Positions 41,871 through 53,039 of a DNA stretch of 64,000 bases are shown here, one piece after another. Source of the DNA: Trypanosoma brucei. Its lineage: Eukaryota. Position 1 is the stretch's first letter, and each line of letters starts with the position of its first letter. Under the pieces are notes generated by a model. It made no database searches, was not told the DNA's origin, and worked only from the letters and a program-made list of their open reading frames with translations. The position numbers were made by a program, and so were the translations under genes. The stretch spans positions 800,001 through 864,000 of the forward strand of contig AE017150.2 in assembly GCA_000002445.1 (NCBI GenBank). Reading direction: 5' to 3'.

Positions 41871-42412
41871 CAGTCAACTGTCACTAAATGGCTTACACAC
41901 AATTACTAGTTGTAAGTCCTTATATACAGTTGCGTACCAGAAGAGAAGAGGGAAGAGATAGTAACAGCAAGCATCCAAAGAAATGGGCGAGACGGTATAC
42001 AGGAAACATGTGTATGCATGTAGGCAGTAAGTAGAGCCCGTGCAGCAAGCAAAGGAAATGGTGAAACAGCACAATTACCGTATAGTGAAGAGAAGCTTCA
42101 GAAACACAAATACAACAAAATGTAAAGGGAAGGGAAGGAATAATACTGAGACCACACACACACGCACACAGAAAGAGAGAGAGAGAGAGACGTACAGACA
42201 AACAAGGAGAAAAAACTCCTCACGATGATTCACATTCCAACACGCGGCATACGACAGTTCCTACCGCAACCGCGTCGCGCCATATTAACGCACACACTCA
42301 CTCCATAAATGAATCAAATGTTCAGCACCCGCATCGATCACATCCTAAGCAATGCATTACTCAGTGCATGGCCAAGGGGAGAGTGCACATCCCAACAAGC
42401 TATAATAGCATC

Positions 42413-43393
42413 CTACTCAATTATACCACACAGAAACGACAAGAATAACAGGATACAACAAACAGGAAACGGCACCTTGTACAGAAGGAACACACTCAAT
42501 AGTGAGTACATCTCCCTCCCAGAATCAGGTGCAATAACATTCGTCATTCTGCTTGCCTCGCCGACAGCTGCTTCATACCCATTACTGCACCGACCGCTAG
42601 GAACAGTACCTGAAGCACAGTTAACAGGAGAATAAACCAATGGAGAAGCCGAAGCAGCAGTCTGATCCCCAGCACCCTTTGGGGAGTGACGGCTCCTCAA
42701 CGCTGTCGAAGGTGGAGACACCTCTCCTCCAGCATTCCTTACAGCTGAACCTAACTGTGGCTGTGCTGCCGGAGCTTTCTCCACAGCCGCAGTCTCACAA
42801 CCTTCCACAAGTCCTTCCACCTTTCCATGACTTCGCTTCATCACAAGGCTATCCGGAACACCCAACTCCCCATAAATACAGCGAAGTGCACACCGAACAG
42901 CATTCCGCTCCCTCGCCTGCACACGTCCACGTTGCTTCCAAAATGCAGCAGCGACGTCCGGACCGCTAGGGCCCTTGCTACTACAGTCACCTCCAAAGAA
43001 ACCACTCACAGACTCATACGGTGCCATAACTTCCCTCGGCACCACACATATATCCACGAACACCTCATCCCTTGTGCCAGCGTCTGGCAACTCCACAGCT
43101 CCTTCCTCCACGCCACCACGCCTCGCTGCGAGACGACGGAGCCTACGGATGTCAAGCATAAACTTCACCCTCACACATTCACCAGCAAATATCAGTCCAA
43201 CAGATGGTTGAACACCATAGCGATTGCGTACAGCACTGAGAACTTTGAACGCCACAACATTCTCACAAGGGTCCTCAGTACGTACAAGTAGACTACTTAA
43301 CTCGATAATATTCTCAATACTGGCATCCGTCAGAGGAGAAGGAAAGTACAGGCACTCCTGTGAAAAACAAACAATGCCCCCACCACCCTTCAT
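42413..43393 (-). CDS. Hypothetical protein (326 aa)
   Basis: Complete co-oriented ORF. No confident motif recognised. Confidence 0.5.
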   Translation of the reverse strand: MKGGGGIVCFSQECLYFPSPLTDASIENIIELSSLLVRTEDPCENVVAFKVLSAVRNRYGVQPSVGLIFAGECVRVKFMLDIRRLRRLAARRGGVEEGAVELPDAGTRDEVFVDICVVPREVMAPYESVSGFFGGDCSSKGPSGPDVAAAFWKQRGRVQARERNAVRCALRCIYGELGVPDSLVMKRSHGKVEGLVEGCETAAVEKAPAAQPQLGSAVRNAGGEVSPPSTALRSRHSPKGAGDQTAASASPLVYSPVNCASGTVPSGRCSNGYEAAVGEASRMTNVIAPDSGREMYSLLSVFLLYKVPFPVCCILLFLSFLCGIIE

Positions 43394-43893
43394 CGTGGAT
43401 GAAAGATACGAAACACTAATTACTCACCCGTAAGAAAGGACAGATACGAAATAGAGAAGAAAAACATAAACACATTCCCGGGAAGTAATGACAGTCACAG
43501 ATACAACAAGTATGAAAAAGAAGATATTACACCAATAATAAAATAGCAAAACACCAACCTCTAATACGGTCGAATAAATATAAACATATAACATGTCCGC
43601 TACGCAACAATTAAGCGAAACAAAAAACAATGAAAGGATAGAAAAAATACAGCGCAAACTTCGTTGGGTTGTCAAACAATTCAAAAACACAGATTATGTG
43701 GTTGCCCACAGCGCCAACAAATCATATAACCATGCCAAATAACGAGCTGAAAGCACTCCCCACTACGGTGTCATCCTCATGGTCATACCAATAAAGTAAA
43801 ATACAGAGCAAAAAAATGATCATACATACCATTCGAACGTATCATAGTACAATGAAAGAGTGACAAACATTTATGCAGCCACGCAACTCAACA

Positions 43894-44082
43894 TTACAAC
43901 ATATATATACAAACAGTATTAGGCATGGAGAAATACTCCTTCACATTAACAATCACGCGTCCATCATCACCATCAGCAGCAGTCACATGCAGCGAACACA
44001 CGGCAGTTAGCAATAATAAAATACCGCACAGGAGAGCAGCACGCGTAAAACCAAAATTCACCATACGGGTGTCCATGCTCAT
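43894..44082 (-). pseudogene. Truncated duplicate of the 5' end of the surface glycoprotein gene at 44902..45999. It keeps the signal peptide plus ~17 further residues and then diverges to a stop
   Basis: The first 53 aa (MSMDTRMVNFGFTRAALLCGILLLLTAVCSLHVTAADGDDGRVIVNVKEYFSM) are identical to the full gene. Nucleotide identity extends ~230 bp into the 5' flank (43900-44310 vs 45820-46230). Downstream the reading frame decays into AT-rich non-coding sequence. Confidence 0.55.
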
Positions 44083-44901
44083 TGTCAGTGTTGCTTCCTT
44101 ATGACTTTATCAAATACACACATATGCGGGAAAGAGGGAAGAGCGTGTGAGTAAAGGGGAAATGCAACAGTGACAATAGAAAAAGGAGTTACACAAGATA
44201 TCAAATAATCACACATACACTCGAGGATAATAAACAAGAAATATGAAAAGGATAACACAAATAATAATGGAAGAGAGCAGCCATATCACATATCCCAACA
44301 AATTGGTTAGTGAGACACAGGTACTCAAAACATTTATTATCATAATGGGCCAAGTATAACTCAGGGATTGAACACTATGGAACTCTCATTTAATACAACC
44401 TCATATAGATTGTTAAAATAATTAAGTGCTGCAAGTTACACGTATAGCAATACATCACACGTAACAGGGAGGACCTACAAGCCTCCCACATATACATGGA
44501 AGTAAAACATGAAATAACGCGAACTAAACATGACACCCACACACGAAATAAATAATCAACACCAACAACAACGAAACAATGGGACATCAAACAGTAAAGA
44601 TGGTTCAATGGGTCACACACTAAAAGAGCAATGATGTGGTCGGAGGGAAGTGATGCCACACATCGGAAGTCCCTCGCAGAGCCAACATGGTACAAGGAGA
44701 TCGTTAATATTAGGAACATAAAAGTAATAATTACATAAGAGAGTATTGAGCACTACTGAAAGTAATAATAGGAAGTGAAACAATACACGAAGCTAGAAAT
44801 TTTGACGGTCCGTAACGTAGGATGAAAGCGGCACAGTATTCATTACTCCACTTGATCCTAAACATCACTCAACCACCACCCATGTGATACACGATGTGAC
44901 G

Positions 44902-45999
44902 CTAATACGATTGACCGGTCATCATTTGGTTATAATATTGCAGGGCTAAGGGAGGAGCAGCAAAACCCTCTGGGGGAACAAAAGGTGTTGGCTCCAGGAC
45001 AAACAACGGCTCTCCAACAACTTCACGCAGCGTCATGGGAATGATCTCCTTTTTAACATTATAATCACAGAACCAACGTAAAAGGAAAAGCAGCAACACA
45101 ATGAGGGAAACAACAGAAATTAGAGCTATAAGAATAATGAGCAAATCAATCCTCTCTTCCAATGACACAGTTGTCACAGTAACTTCTTCATCCTTTGTCA
45201 CAGTTGGTTCCGGTACTTCGCCAGAGGCAGGTGCAGTTGTAGTTGTAGTGGTAGTTGTTGTGGTTGTCGTCGTGCTGATAGAATCATGGACCTCGCAAAC
45301 AACAACGTAGTCTTGAGACTTTGTTTCAAAGTTCTGACTTGTCCAACGAATAGTCCCAGAAGCCTCCCTGCCATCATACCAGGTAGTCACATCATCATCT
45401 TCATGGTACCATGAAAGGGTATACAACTGACCATGCTTGGGATATTCACTACCCCAAAAGGATGGGTAACCATTCATTGGAGCCGCAAAAGCGTATTTGA
45501 CATATGAACCACGCCAGAACGCCACCCCGTGACCATCAGGCAAAGCCTTTGCAAACAATCCCTTATTCCAACGATACACACAATGACGTGAAGATGCCGC
45601 GTCTCCAGGCTTACAACGCTTATCAGCCACAATGGCCCCGCCACTACTGTACACAGCATCTCCACCAAGGTAGCTGAAAGCATCCGAACCCGTTAACACA
45701 TCTTTCATTGCATCCTGCAAACTTTGGTGTGCCGCCTCCGTTTGATCGGCAGGAAGCACAGCGCCATTGTCGCGGCAATATGCTTCAGCATTGTTGTAAC
45801 TAACAAAGTACTTCCCATGACGACTAAATGCAAAATTGTCCATAGAGAAATACTCCTTCACATTAACAATCACGCGTCCATCATCACCATCAGCAGCAGT
45901 CACATGCAGCGAACACACGGCAGTTAGCAATAATAAAATACCGCACAGGAGAGCAGCACGCGTAAAACCAAAATTCACCATACGGGTGTCCATGCTCAT
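44902..45999 (-). CDS. Type-I membrane glycoprotein. It has a signal peptide, an ectodomain with a possible C-type-lectin-like fold, a poly-Thr (T13) stalk, one TM helix and a short cytoplasmic tail
   Basis: The N-terminal hydrophobic signal is AALLCGILLLLTAV and the cysteine spacing is consistent with a CTLD (YCRDNGAVLP...; ...YVVVCEV). TTTTTTTTTTTTT is encoded at ~45225-45280, and a TM segment LLIILIALISVVSLIVLLLFLL precedes the tail RWFCDYNVKKE. The CTLD assignment is tentative. Confidence 0.6.
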   Translation of the reverse strand: MSMDTRMVNFGFTRAALLCGILLLLTAVCSLHVTAADGDDGRVIVNVKEYFSMDNFAFSRHGKYFVSYNNAEAYCRDNGAVLPADQTEAAHQSLQDAMKDVLTGSDAFSYLGGDAVYSSGGAIVADKRCKPGDAASSRHCVYRWNKGLFAKALPDGHGVAFWRGSYVKYAFAAPMNGYPSFWGSEYPKHGQLYTLSWYHEDDDVTTWYDGREASGTIRWTSQNFETKSQDYVVVCEVHDSISTTTTTTTTTTTTTAPASGEVPEPTVTKDEEVTVTTVSLEERIDLLIILIALISVVSLIVLLLFLLRWFCDYNVKKEIIPMTLREVVGEPLFVLEPTPFVPPEGFAAPPLALQYYNQMMTGQSY

Positions 46000-47103
46000 T
46001 GTCAGTGTTGTTTCCTTATGACTTTATCAAATACACACATATGCGGGAAAGAGGGAAGAGCGTGTGAGTAAAGGGGAAATGCAACAGTGACAATAGAAAA
46101 AGGAGTTACACAAGATATCAAATAATCACACATACACTCGAGGATAATAAACAAGAAATATGAAAAGGATAACACAAATAATAATGGAAGAGAGCAGCCA
46201 TATCACATATCCCAACAAATTGGTTAGTGAGGCACAGGTACACGTCGTATTTGATACAATAGTGGAGAAACTAAAGCAGAAAGAATATACATTATTCAAC
46301 TCTTGTTTGGTACAACCCTACTGTGCGAGGTCACCCGGAGCATTCGAGAGTGATGAAAACCAAATCCTCGCCTATTCATTATCCACGTTAGTTGAGGGGC
46401 GGAAGTGCTGCGTACATCAACGCGCGGTAAGAAGCGAGTGAAAACCGACTTACATTTGTCGCGACCTTCTTCAGGTGACGTCCGTAGGTGTGCCTGATCA
46501 GGATACGGCCATCTAGTATGAGAAGTAACCGGCGACGCCGATCTATCCGAACAAATACTACAACAAACAGCATAGACACGGAAGCGGAGTGGGAAAGCAT
46601 CACCAGCTCAGTTGTACTCAGTGTGCCAATAGGGTGGTTTTTTTTCTGCTATAAAAAAAGAACTTGAAGCATAAAGAAACGATGGTCCGCCTCCAGCTGC
46701 GTACCGGCGCACAGCGGAACCCCCATTGAATTTAAAACATCGTGCAGGTGGAGGTGCGGCAAGTTTACTCCCTCCCTTCCCTTCATTGTCTTCTTGGGTA
46801 CCTCGCGCATGTCCCAACAAACCACACAATCTCCAACCCGAGGACAACCGATAACGGGCATACGCTTTGTCTCCCCGCAAAGTCTCCAAGCGCGCACGTA
46901 TTCACATCACTATCGCAGCCTGTCATATTGCATACAAGTCGCTGTGGCCTTGCGAAAAAAAGCTCCCAGCTAGCGTAAACTAAACTCTCTCCAAGCACCA
47001 GGAGACAGAGTTGCAAATGCACACCACCACTCAGTCCCAACCTCGCTTCTTCGATCTGTTCATCTGTCAACACCAGCTCTCCCAAGTCCGTTCATCCATT
47101 GTG

Positions 47104-49926
47104 TTACCTCCCGGGGCGTACATCCCATTGCACAGCCTCCAGTCCATCCACAAGCAGCACCGCGCGTCCACAAAACCCCCTCACCAACGGCACCTCGCCA
47201 ACAAACACGGTGCACGCATCATCGACAACGTCCAACCTCGTGACGTCGGATGACACGAACGTTGAATAACCGTCCGCTATAAGCGCTACCTCCACGCGGG
47301 GGCATTTTGAGGAATCTGTGAGGTCCCGCAAGCGGGAATACTCCCGTCGCAACATCTTTAACCGCCTTGAACGAGCTGCGCTACGGCGGCACACCAGCAC
47401 CAGCTCTTCCTCCGCGTCGCTTACTGCGTCCTGTCGCTCTGACACCCTGTCTCTCAGTTCGTTAACTTTCTGTTGCAAGGCATCCTCCTGTCTCTTCAGA
47501 TTCGCGAGTTCTTTACCCCGGCGGCGCACCATATTTTTCTGAAGAGCAGCGATTTCCTGTTGAAGAGTCTCTATCCCTTCCTTCTCCTCCTCTTGGGCCT
47601 CCGCCAACTCTTCCTTGGCTCGCCGAATCTGTTCTTTCAATTGGGACTGGCTGCTCTCTCGCTGCTCCTGATGCATGGCACGCTCCTCTCTGTAGAGGTG
47701 GGTGGAGATGGTGTCCACAGCGCAGCGCAAGTGATCGTTGCGCGGAACTCTTACGGCAACACGCTGTGTGTGGTTGAGTGTTGTCCACACTCCACAAAGC
47801 GGTTCGATCAGAGTTGCACCACGTTGTTGAAATTCGTTCATGATGAGCGGCCAGCCGCAAGGTTCCTCGGTCTGATCGATGGGGCAGGCACACCGCAACT
47901 GAAGTAGTGCAGATGGCAAACGTACCACAGGCCCATCGGCCGGCACTTGATGCAACCCCGGCTGATGGCAATGGTGGTGTTGTTGATACCGCACCAAAGA
48001 ACCGTAGTTTTGCTCAGGTTGAACAAGGGAGCACTGATTCGTGGGTGTCACGCGTATGCAACCTACATTTCTGAATGGCTCAACGGCGCCCAACCCCCGT
48101 GGACGTTCAAATATGTGCACGAGTAGTGGTTGAGATGACCACCGCATTCGAGCAGAGCGGACATCTAAAAGAATTTCCACCTCATTCAAGTCGTCAAGTC
48201 TTCGTTGAACGAGAATCAACTCCTTGTCTAAAAGGGGAACCATGGGCACAGGGTCCAAGGTTGACGTCGCCGTTGCCGAAATGTCAACATCGCACATGCA
48301 CGCTCGAACAACTACACGTACAACATGTTGGTTCCTGTCAGCAAAAATGGGGTGAGAAGTTGGTTCGACCACCTCCACAAACAGCGAAGATTGCAACTGT
48401 ACAACGACACGGCCACTCAGCAACTCCTTCTTTCTTGATTGACTCTGAGGAGAATCATCACCATTCTGGTTGTTGTTGTTGCTATTTATAATGCGATGGA
48501 TTTGAGGGAGTGAAAAGTCCCGTTGCTCATGGATCAGGCTAAGTTCTTCGAAATTTGTTGCTAGCAATAGCGTCAAACTCACCCTACCATCAGGAGCACG
48601 CACCCAGCCACACCCCAAAAGACGACCATCTTTCCAAAGAAGTGGGTTGCGAATTGATCCTGCGGGAAATTCGTAAGCCTCGGCATTGACGTTGGGTGCC
48701 AAAAGAAGGAACTCTGGTAGTCTCTGTGCGAGGAGCATTTGCAACACCATTTTTCGTGGTGTGAAAGCATTACACATCTGAATTCCACGAAGTGCCCCAG
48801 ACAAGTGACCGTACTTTCCGTACACACTTACAGTCGTTTGCTTCAGTGATTCGCTTTCCTCCGCAAGAGCGAGGAGAGATTGATCCATACGTTGGGCCCC
48901 CGTTTGTGAAAGGCTAAGTGAAGGATATGAGTTCCGGCCACTGTTAAAATGGCCTTGCCTCCGTTCCATATCATCACTGTCCCCATCCGTGCCGCACTCA
49001 CTACTCCCCTTGTAGCTATCACTGCTCCCTTCACCCGACAGCCCTGCGGACAACTTTGCCATGCTGTTAGTGTGTTCACTCAACTCGCTCATGGCGCAAG
49101 TCGTGCTAGTGGGCACCTGCGATCCTTTTACGGTGCTTTCCGTACTGGCTCGAACCCGCCTCATCCCCTTCTTCGGCGGCGACCCATGAGGCCTTTCTGC
49201 TGCCGCAACAACACCCAACACGCTCTGATGTCCGTTACTTACGTCTCGTGCAGCAAGGGTCAAACTACGGCTGTACTCCAGTAAAGGTACTGATTCCGCT
49301 TGCATCAACCATTGAGCGCAGTTCAGAATTAGGGTCGCGCCCTCCGTTGCCCACATGCATGAGCGCTCGACGTACCGCTTTCTCTCTTCAGCCTCCTTTA
49401 TCTGGCTCTTAAACTCCTCACTCATCCGCATTATGGCTCGCTGCCGCCTATCCAAGTAGTCGTCATCAATCAACGACGATCCTCTCCGCTTTCGTATGTT
49501 GGCGCGTCGTAACTTCTTGGCTCGCTCAGCGTCCTCGTGGTTCCATCGCTCCCTCATGTCGAGCTGTGCATCATTCCAGTCCTTTTTCAGCGATGCGATG
49601 GATTCCTCTAGTGCATTGTGCTCTTGCTTAAAATCCTGAATATACACCTTCAATTGTTCGAGCGTCATCTCTGGGCAGCACTGCGTCTTCGGATCAGCAC
49701 GAACGTAAGGATAACCAACGGTAGCTTCCTCCCGTAAGATATCCGCGTAACGTGCGGGGTCGCGGCGGAGTTCATTCACCTCGACAACAATTTCCCTCTC
49801 GAACTTGCTGTATTCATCTTCCTTCGACATGACTGCCCTGCGAAGTTCACCTGTGCTCGTGAAGTTATGCAGCTGACGGTAAGGGCCCAGAGGCTGCGCA
49901 CTCATAGTGTCAACTGTGATGGACAT
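47104..49926 (-). CDS. Large hypothetical protein (940 aa) with a C-terminal coiled coil and an Asn-rich low-complexity patch
   Basis: Long complete ORF on the polycistron strand. It contains heptad-like Glu/Lys/Arg-rich segments (QLKEQIRRAKEELAEAQEEEKEGIETLQQEIAALQK). No enzymatic motif recognised. Confidence 0.55.
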   Translation of the reverse strand: MSITVDTMSAQPLGPYRQLHNFTSTGELRRAVMSKEDEYSKFEREIVVEVNELRRDPARYADILREEATVGYPYVRADPKTQCCPEMTLEQLKVYIQDFKQEHNALEESIASLKKDWNDAQLDMRERWNHEDAERAKKLRRANIRKRRGSSLIDDDYLDRRQRAIMRMSEEFKSQIKEAEERKRYVERSCMWATEGATLILNCAQWLMQAESVPLLEYSRSLTLAARDVSNGHQSVLGVVAAAERPHGSPPKKGMRRVRASTESTVKGSQVPTSTTCAMSELSEHTNSMAKLSAGLSGEGSSDSYKGSSECGTDGDSDDMERRQGHFNSGRNSYPSLSLSQTGAQRMDQSLLALAEESESLKQTTVSVYGKYGHLSGALRGIQMCNAFTPRKMVLQMLLAQRLPEFLLLAPNVNAEAYEFPAGSIRNPLLWKDGRLLGCGWVRAPDGRVSLTLLLATNFEELSLIHEQRDFSLPQIHRIINSNNNNQNGDDSPQSQSRKKELLSGRVVVQLQSSLFVEVVEPTSHPIFADRNQHVVRVVVRACMCDVDISATATSTLDPVPMVPLLDKELILVQRRLDDLNEVEILLDVRSARMRWSSQPLLVHIFERPRGLGAVEPFRNVGCIRVTPTNQCSLVQPEQNYGSLVRYQQHHHCHQPGLHQVPADGPVVRLPSALLQLRCACPIDQTEEPCGWPLIMNEFQQRGATLIEPLCGVWTTLNHTQRVAVRVPRNDHLRCAVDTISTHLYREERAMHQEQRESSQSQLKEQIRRAKEELAEAQEEEKEGIETLQQEIAALQKNMVRRRGKELANLKRQEDALQQKVNELRDRVSERQDAVSDAEEELVLVCRRSAARSRRLKMLRREYSRLRDLTDSSKCPRVEVALIADGYSTFVSSDVTRLDVVDDACTVFVGEVPLVRGFCGRAVLLVDGLEAVQWDVRPGR

Positions 49927-51133
49927 TAAGATCCTCTCTGAGTGCGTGTGGTTAAATTGCTTCTACCCGAAGTCAAGCTTTACAGGCCGCGTCGTATAAA
50001 CAAGAGACAAACTACAGCGTTTGGTCCCCGTCTCTATACACACGGCACTCTAAGAATATATATATATATATAATCTTAACCTCTTTTGGTTTGCCTCTTC
50101 TCTACTACAAAACAGAAAATATAGAAAGTGGTATTGCTCCCTTCTTCTTTTTTTTTTCGGAGAAGGGGTTTGAATATTAAATTCCTGTGTCTTCGACCTG
50201 CGGTAAGACAGGCGTTATGGGTGGCTAATGTAGCTGCCGCCTTCCCGATCACGTACCACCATAAAGAGATATAAGCACGTATGATACGTAAGTGCACAGG
50301 GAAGGGCGAAAGGGGGAAAAACAGAACGAAGTATATTAAGAGGAAGGGAGAGTTGAAGAGAAAGAGAAAAGAGGTATCTGCGCAAAGGATAGAACATGTT
50401 GTTGAAAGCCGAAAACAGTTCATGGAAATGCGTGAGACAATCAGCACACTAATTGGAGGGAAAGTAAAAAGGTGTTGCACAGGTATTGCTAATGACGTAT
50501 CGCTACGAACTCCTTTACGACCACTTTTTGCCCAACTGCTGCCCATCATACCGCTCGGCCATTGACTGCCAGTTTTGCTTCGCACCGTCTTGATTAACGA
50601 GCATTGCGAGAGCAGCGGAAAAACAACAAAATACGAGTCCGTAGCGACGCATCCCTGACTGGTAGGTTGTCCAAGAGGCCATTTGAATGGAGAATACGCA
50701 ACAGTGGGTGAGGAACCGGAGCCGATGTCAAAAGAGAAAGCAGCAGTAGAAGTCCGCAGCCAAACCGTTTCAATAATTTAGCGCAGCGACAGCCGAACTG
50801 TATGCTTGTACGTGGACGCGAGTCAAGGTACTTTTGTGTTTAAAACTACTGCAAAGAGCTTTTGTCGTTCCGTAACGGGGAGCAGAAACAAATCGTTTAG
50901 GAGGAAATGACACAACGGGAGAAGAACAAAAAAAAACAAAGGAGGGGGGAAAGCGAAGCGAGTGCAGGAACTGGAAGAGCGATTCGTAGCAGCGGATACA
51001 CACGCACAAGTACCAACTCCCAGCTGAAATGGTAACGGAGGGGGAGGGGTTTGAAAATAACAAAGAGAAAGGTTTTGCCAACAGTAATGGGGACGGTACT
51101 CAGTGAGTCACTATAAGGCGCGAGGCCACTCCC

Positions 51134-52210
51134 CTATTCATTATTCAGCAACCGATTCGCCTCCATGACCCGAACAGTCATTGATTCCTGCTCGGGTGCG
51201 CCCAACTTGGGCACACCACGAACGTACAAGTAATCTCCCTCTTCAATCGGGCACAGAGCACGTAGTGCGAAGAAGGCGCCCGCTCCCTGCTCCTGAGCAA
51301 GGCACCTTCGTCGCAGCTCCCTCATTTCATTCGTCCCCCCTTCCGATAAAACCAAATCTTTGCACTGCTTCAAAAGCGTCTCCTCGTCACTGAAAGGAAA
51401 GTATTCTACCGCAGTATTGTGCAGACCGTCCTCCAGCTGTGGCACCGCGTCGATGAGCGGCATGAGCGTCGGTACAAACATTTCATCCACTTTAGCTTTG
51501 AAAAAGTTTGTACCTGGAAGAAACAGTCGAATAGCAGCGGACTCAATGGGCACCGCACGCAGGTGCAGTGCAGCGAAACTTCGGAACAAATTCTCAAGGA
51601 ACTCTTCGGGATCTTCGCACGCGTCTGTAGCCATCTCTGAGAAGTAATGATCCACCAGCCCGCTTTCTTCACCCCTTTCTCTCGAAACGCCGTTGGCAAC
51701 GCCGTCGCGCCCGCGTGTGTCTTCTAGCAGCCAATGAATGTATGGAGTGAAACGACTCTCCTCTAGTGAGGCTATACGGCACATCCAACCGGCCGTGGTG
51801 AGTTCCGACATACTGGCACTGCGCAAGAAGCTACACCGCTCGTCGTAATTCATCCAATTCACCTCGAGAGGAAAGTTATGCGATACGGTCCCACCCTTGC
51901 CGCTAACACCGTACATCTCCTTGGCAACAACGAGAAAGTTGAAGCAGGCGGTGTGTGGAAGGGTGATGATCGCCTGCCCGGGCCGCAAATGTCTTGCAGC
52001 ACGAAGGCATCGGGCGTAGTGCATGGTGGACACAACCTTCACGTTCCCGCTACCACGCACGTTGTTGGCCTTGCACCATGCACGAAACGACTCCACAGTC
52101 TCCCGTTTGTACAGCCACGAACCCACCTCCTTTACCAAACGCGGTGTTTTTGTCGTGTCACGGTGTACCGGAAATGCAACGCGGCATAGGGACGACGGAC
52201 GTAACATCAC
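51134..52210 (-). CDS. Hypothetical protein, possibly a SET-domain lysine methyltransferase of the SETD6/Rubisco-LSMT-like type
   Basis: There is weak resemblance to the SETD-family N-SET start (GLRAARHLRPGQAIITLPHTACF), the core (MPLIDAVPQLEDGLHNTAVEYF, cf. VPLADMLNHS) and the post-SET region (IEEGDYLYVRG). The call is motif-level only. Confidence 0.4.
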   Translation of the reverse strand: MMLRPSSLCRVAFPVHRDTTKTPRLVKEVGSWLYKRETVESFRAWCKANNVRGSGNVKVVSTMHYARCLRAARHLRPGQAIITLPHTACFNFLVVAKEMYGVSGKGGTVSHNFPLEVNWMNYDERCSFLRSASMSELTTAGWMCRIASLEESRFTPYIHWLLEDTRGRDGVANGVSRERGEESGLVDHYFSEMATDACEDPEEFLENLFRSFAALHLRAVPIESAAIRLFLPGTNFFKAKVDEMFVPTLMPLIDAVPQLEDGLHNTAVEYFPFSDEETLLKQCKDLVLSEGGTNEMRELRRRCLAQEQGAGAFFALRALCPIEEGDYLYVRGVPKLGAPEQESMTVRVMEANRLLNNE

Positions 52211-53039
52211 CTACACGTCCACAACGCTTCGAAAATGGACGCCCTTCCGCAATCCCGTTTTCCCCTTCCCCACACTGTAGCGGTTACCACAAACATCACG
52301 GGTGGAAAGACAATAAAACATGGGCGGCCGTGTTGGGTTGGGAGGTAAAACAAAAGAAAAACAATAGAAAAAGCAGAAATAGAAAAGGTCACGCCAGTCA
52401 GATAGTGCAAGACGCGTGATGTTAGGCAACAGGCGGGTCACAGATGTTGTAAACACAAGGGAACGTGTAAGGAGGATTGAAAGATAGGGGGTGGAATTAA
52501 GTTTAAAAGAAAAAAACCTTCTGTATCCAAACCGTACCTATACCCAGTTGTTCTCCCTTCCCCCTCTCTTTCTAAAGAATCATTCTTTTTTTTTTAAGAG
52601 TGTAACGAAGAAGAGAGGAAGAAAGCGAATGTAAGAAAATCACAGCAGTCTATTTCGATCTAGCTTTTCTCCCCATTTGTTCGTGTTTCCCCTCTCCCTT
52701 TCCATTTCCATTTCCCTTTCCCCTCCCCCACATTTGACTCTTCCGAAAGTTTCAAATCCAAAGACACTGCTATACATACAATGTGAAATACATGAATCAC
52801 GCCACACCATCGCTGTAGCACAGAATCTCCCTCACGTCTCAACTACATAATCAGCATAACCCATTGGCAACATCATGCACAACGCTTTCCTGCACAATCC
52901 TCACACACAGAGAGATGGAGGCAATATGCACAACAACAAGAACAGCAAAAAGATTGGAAAACGGAGCGGTCAAACAGTACTTGAAAAAACTAAAGTCAGC
53001 GAAAAGGGATAGAGGGGGTAATAAGTAAGTAACAACAGA

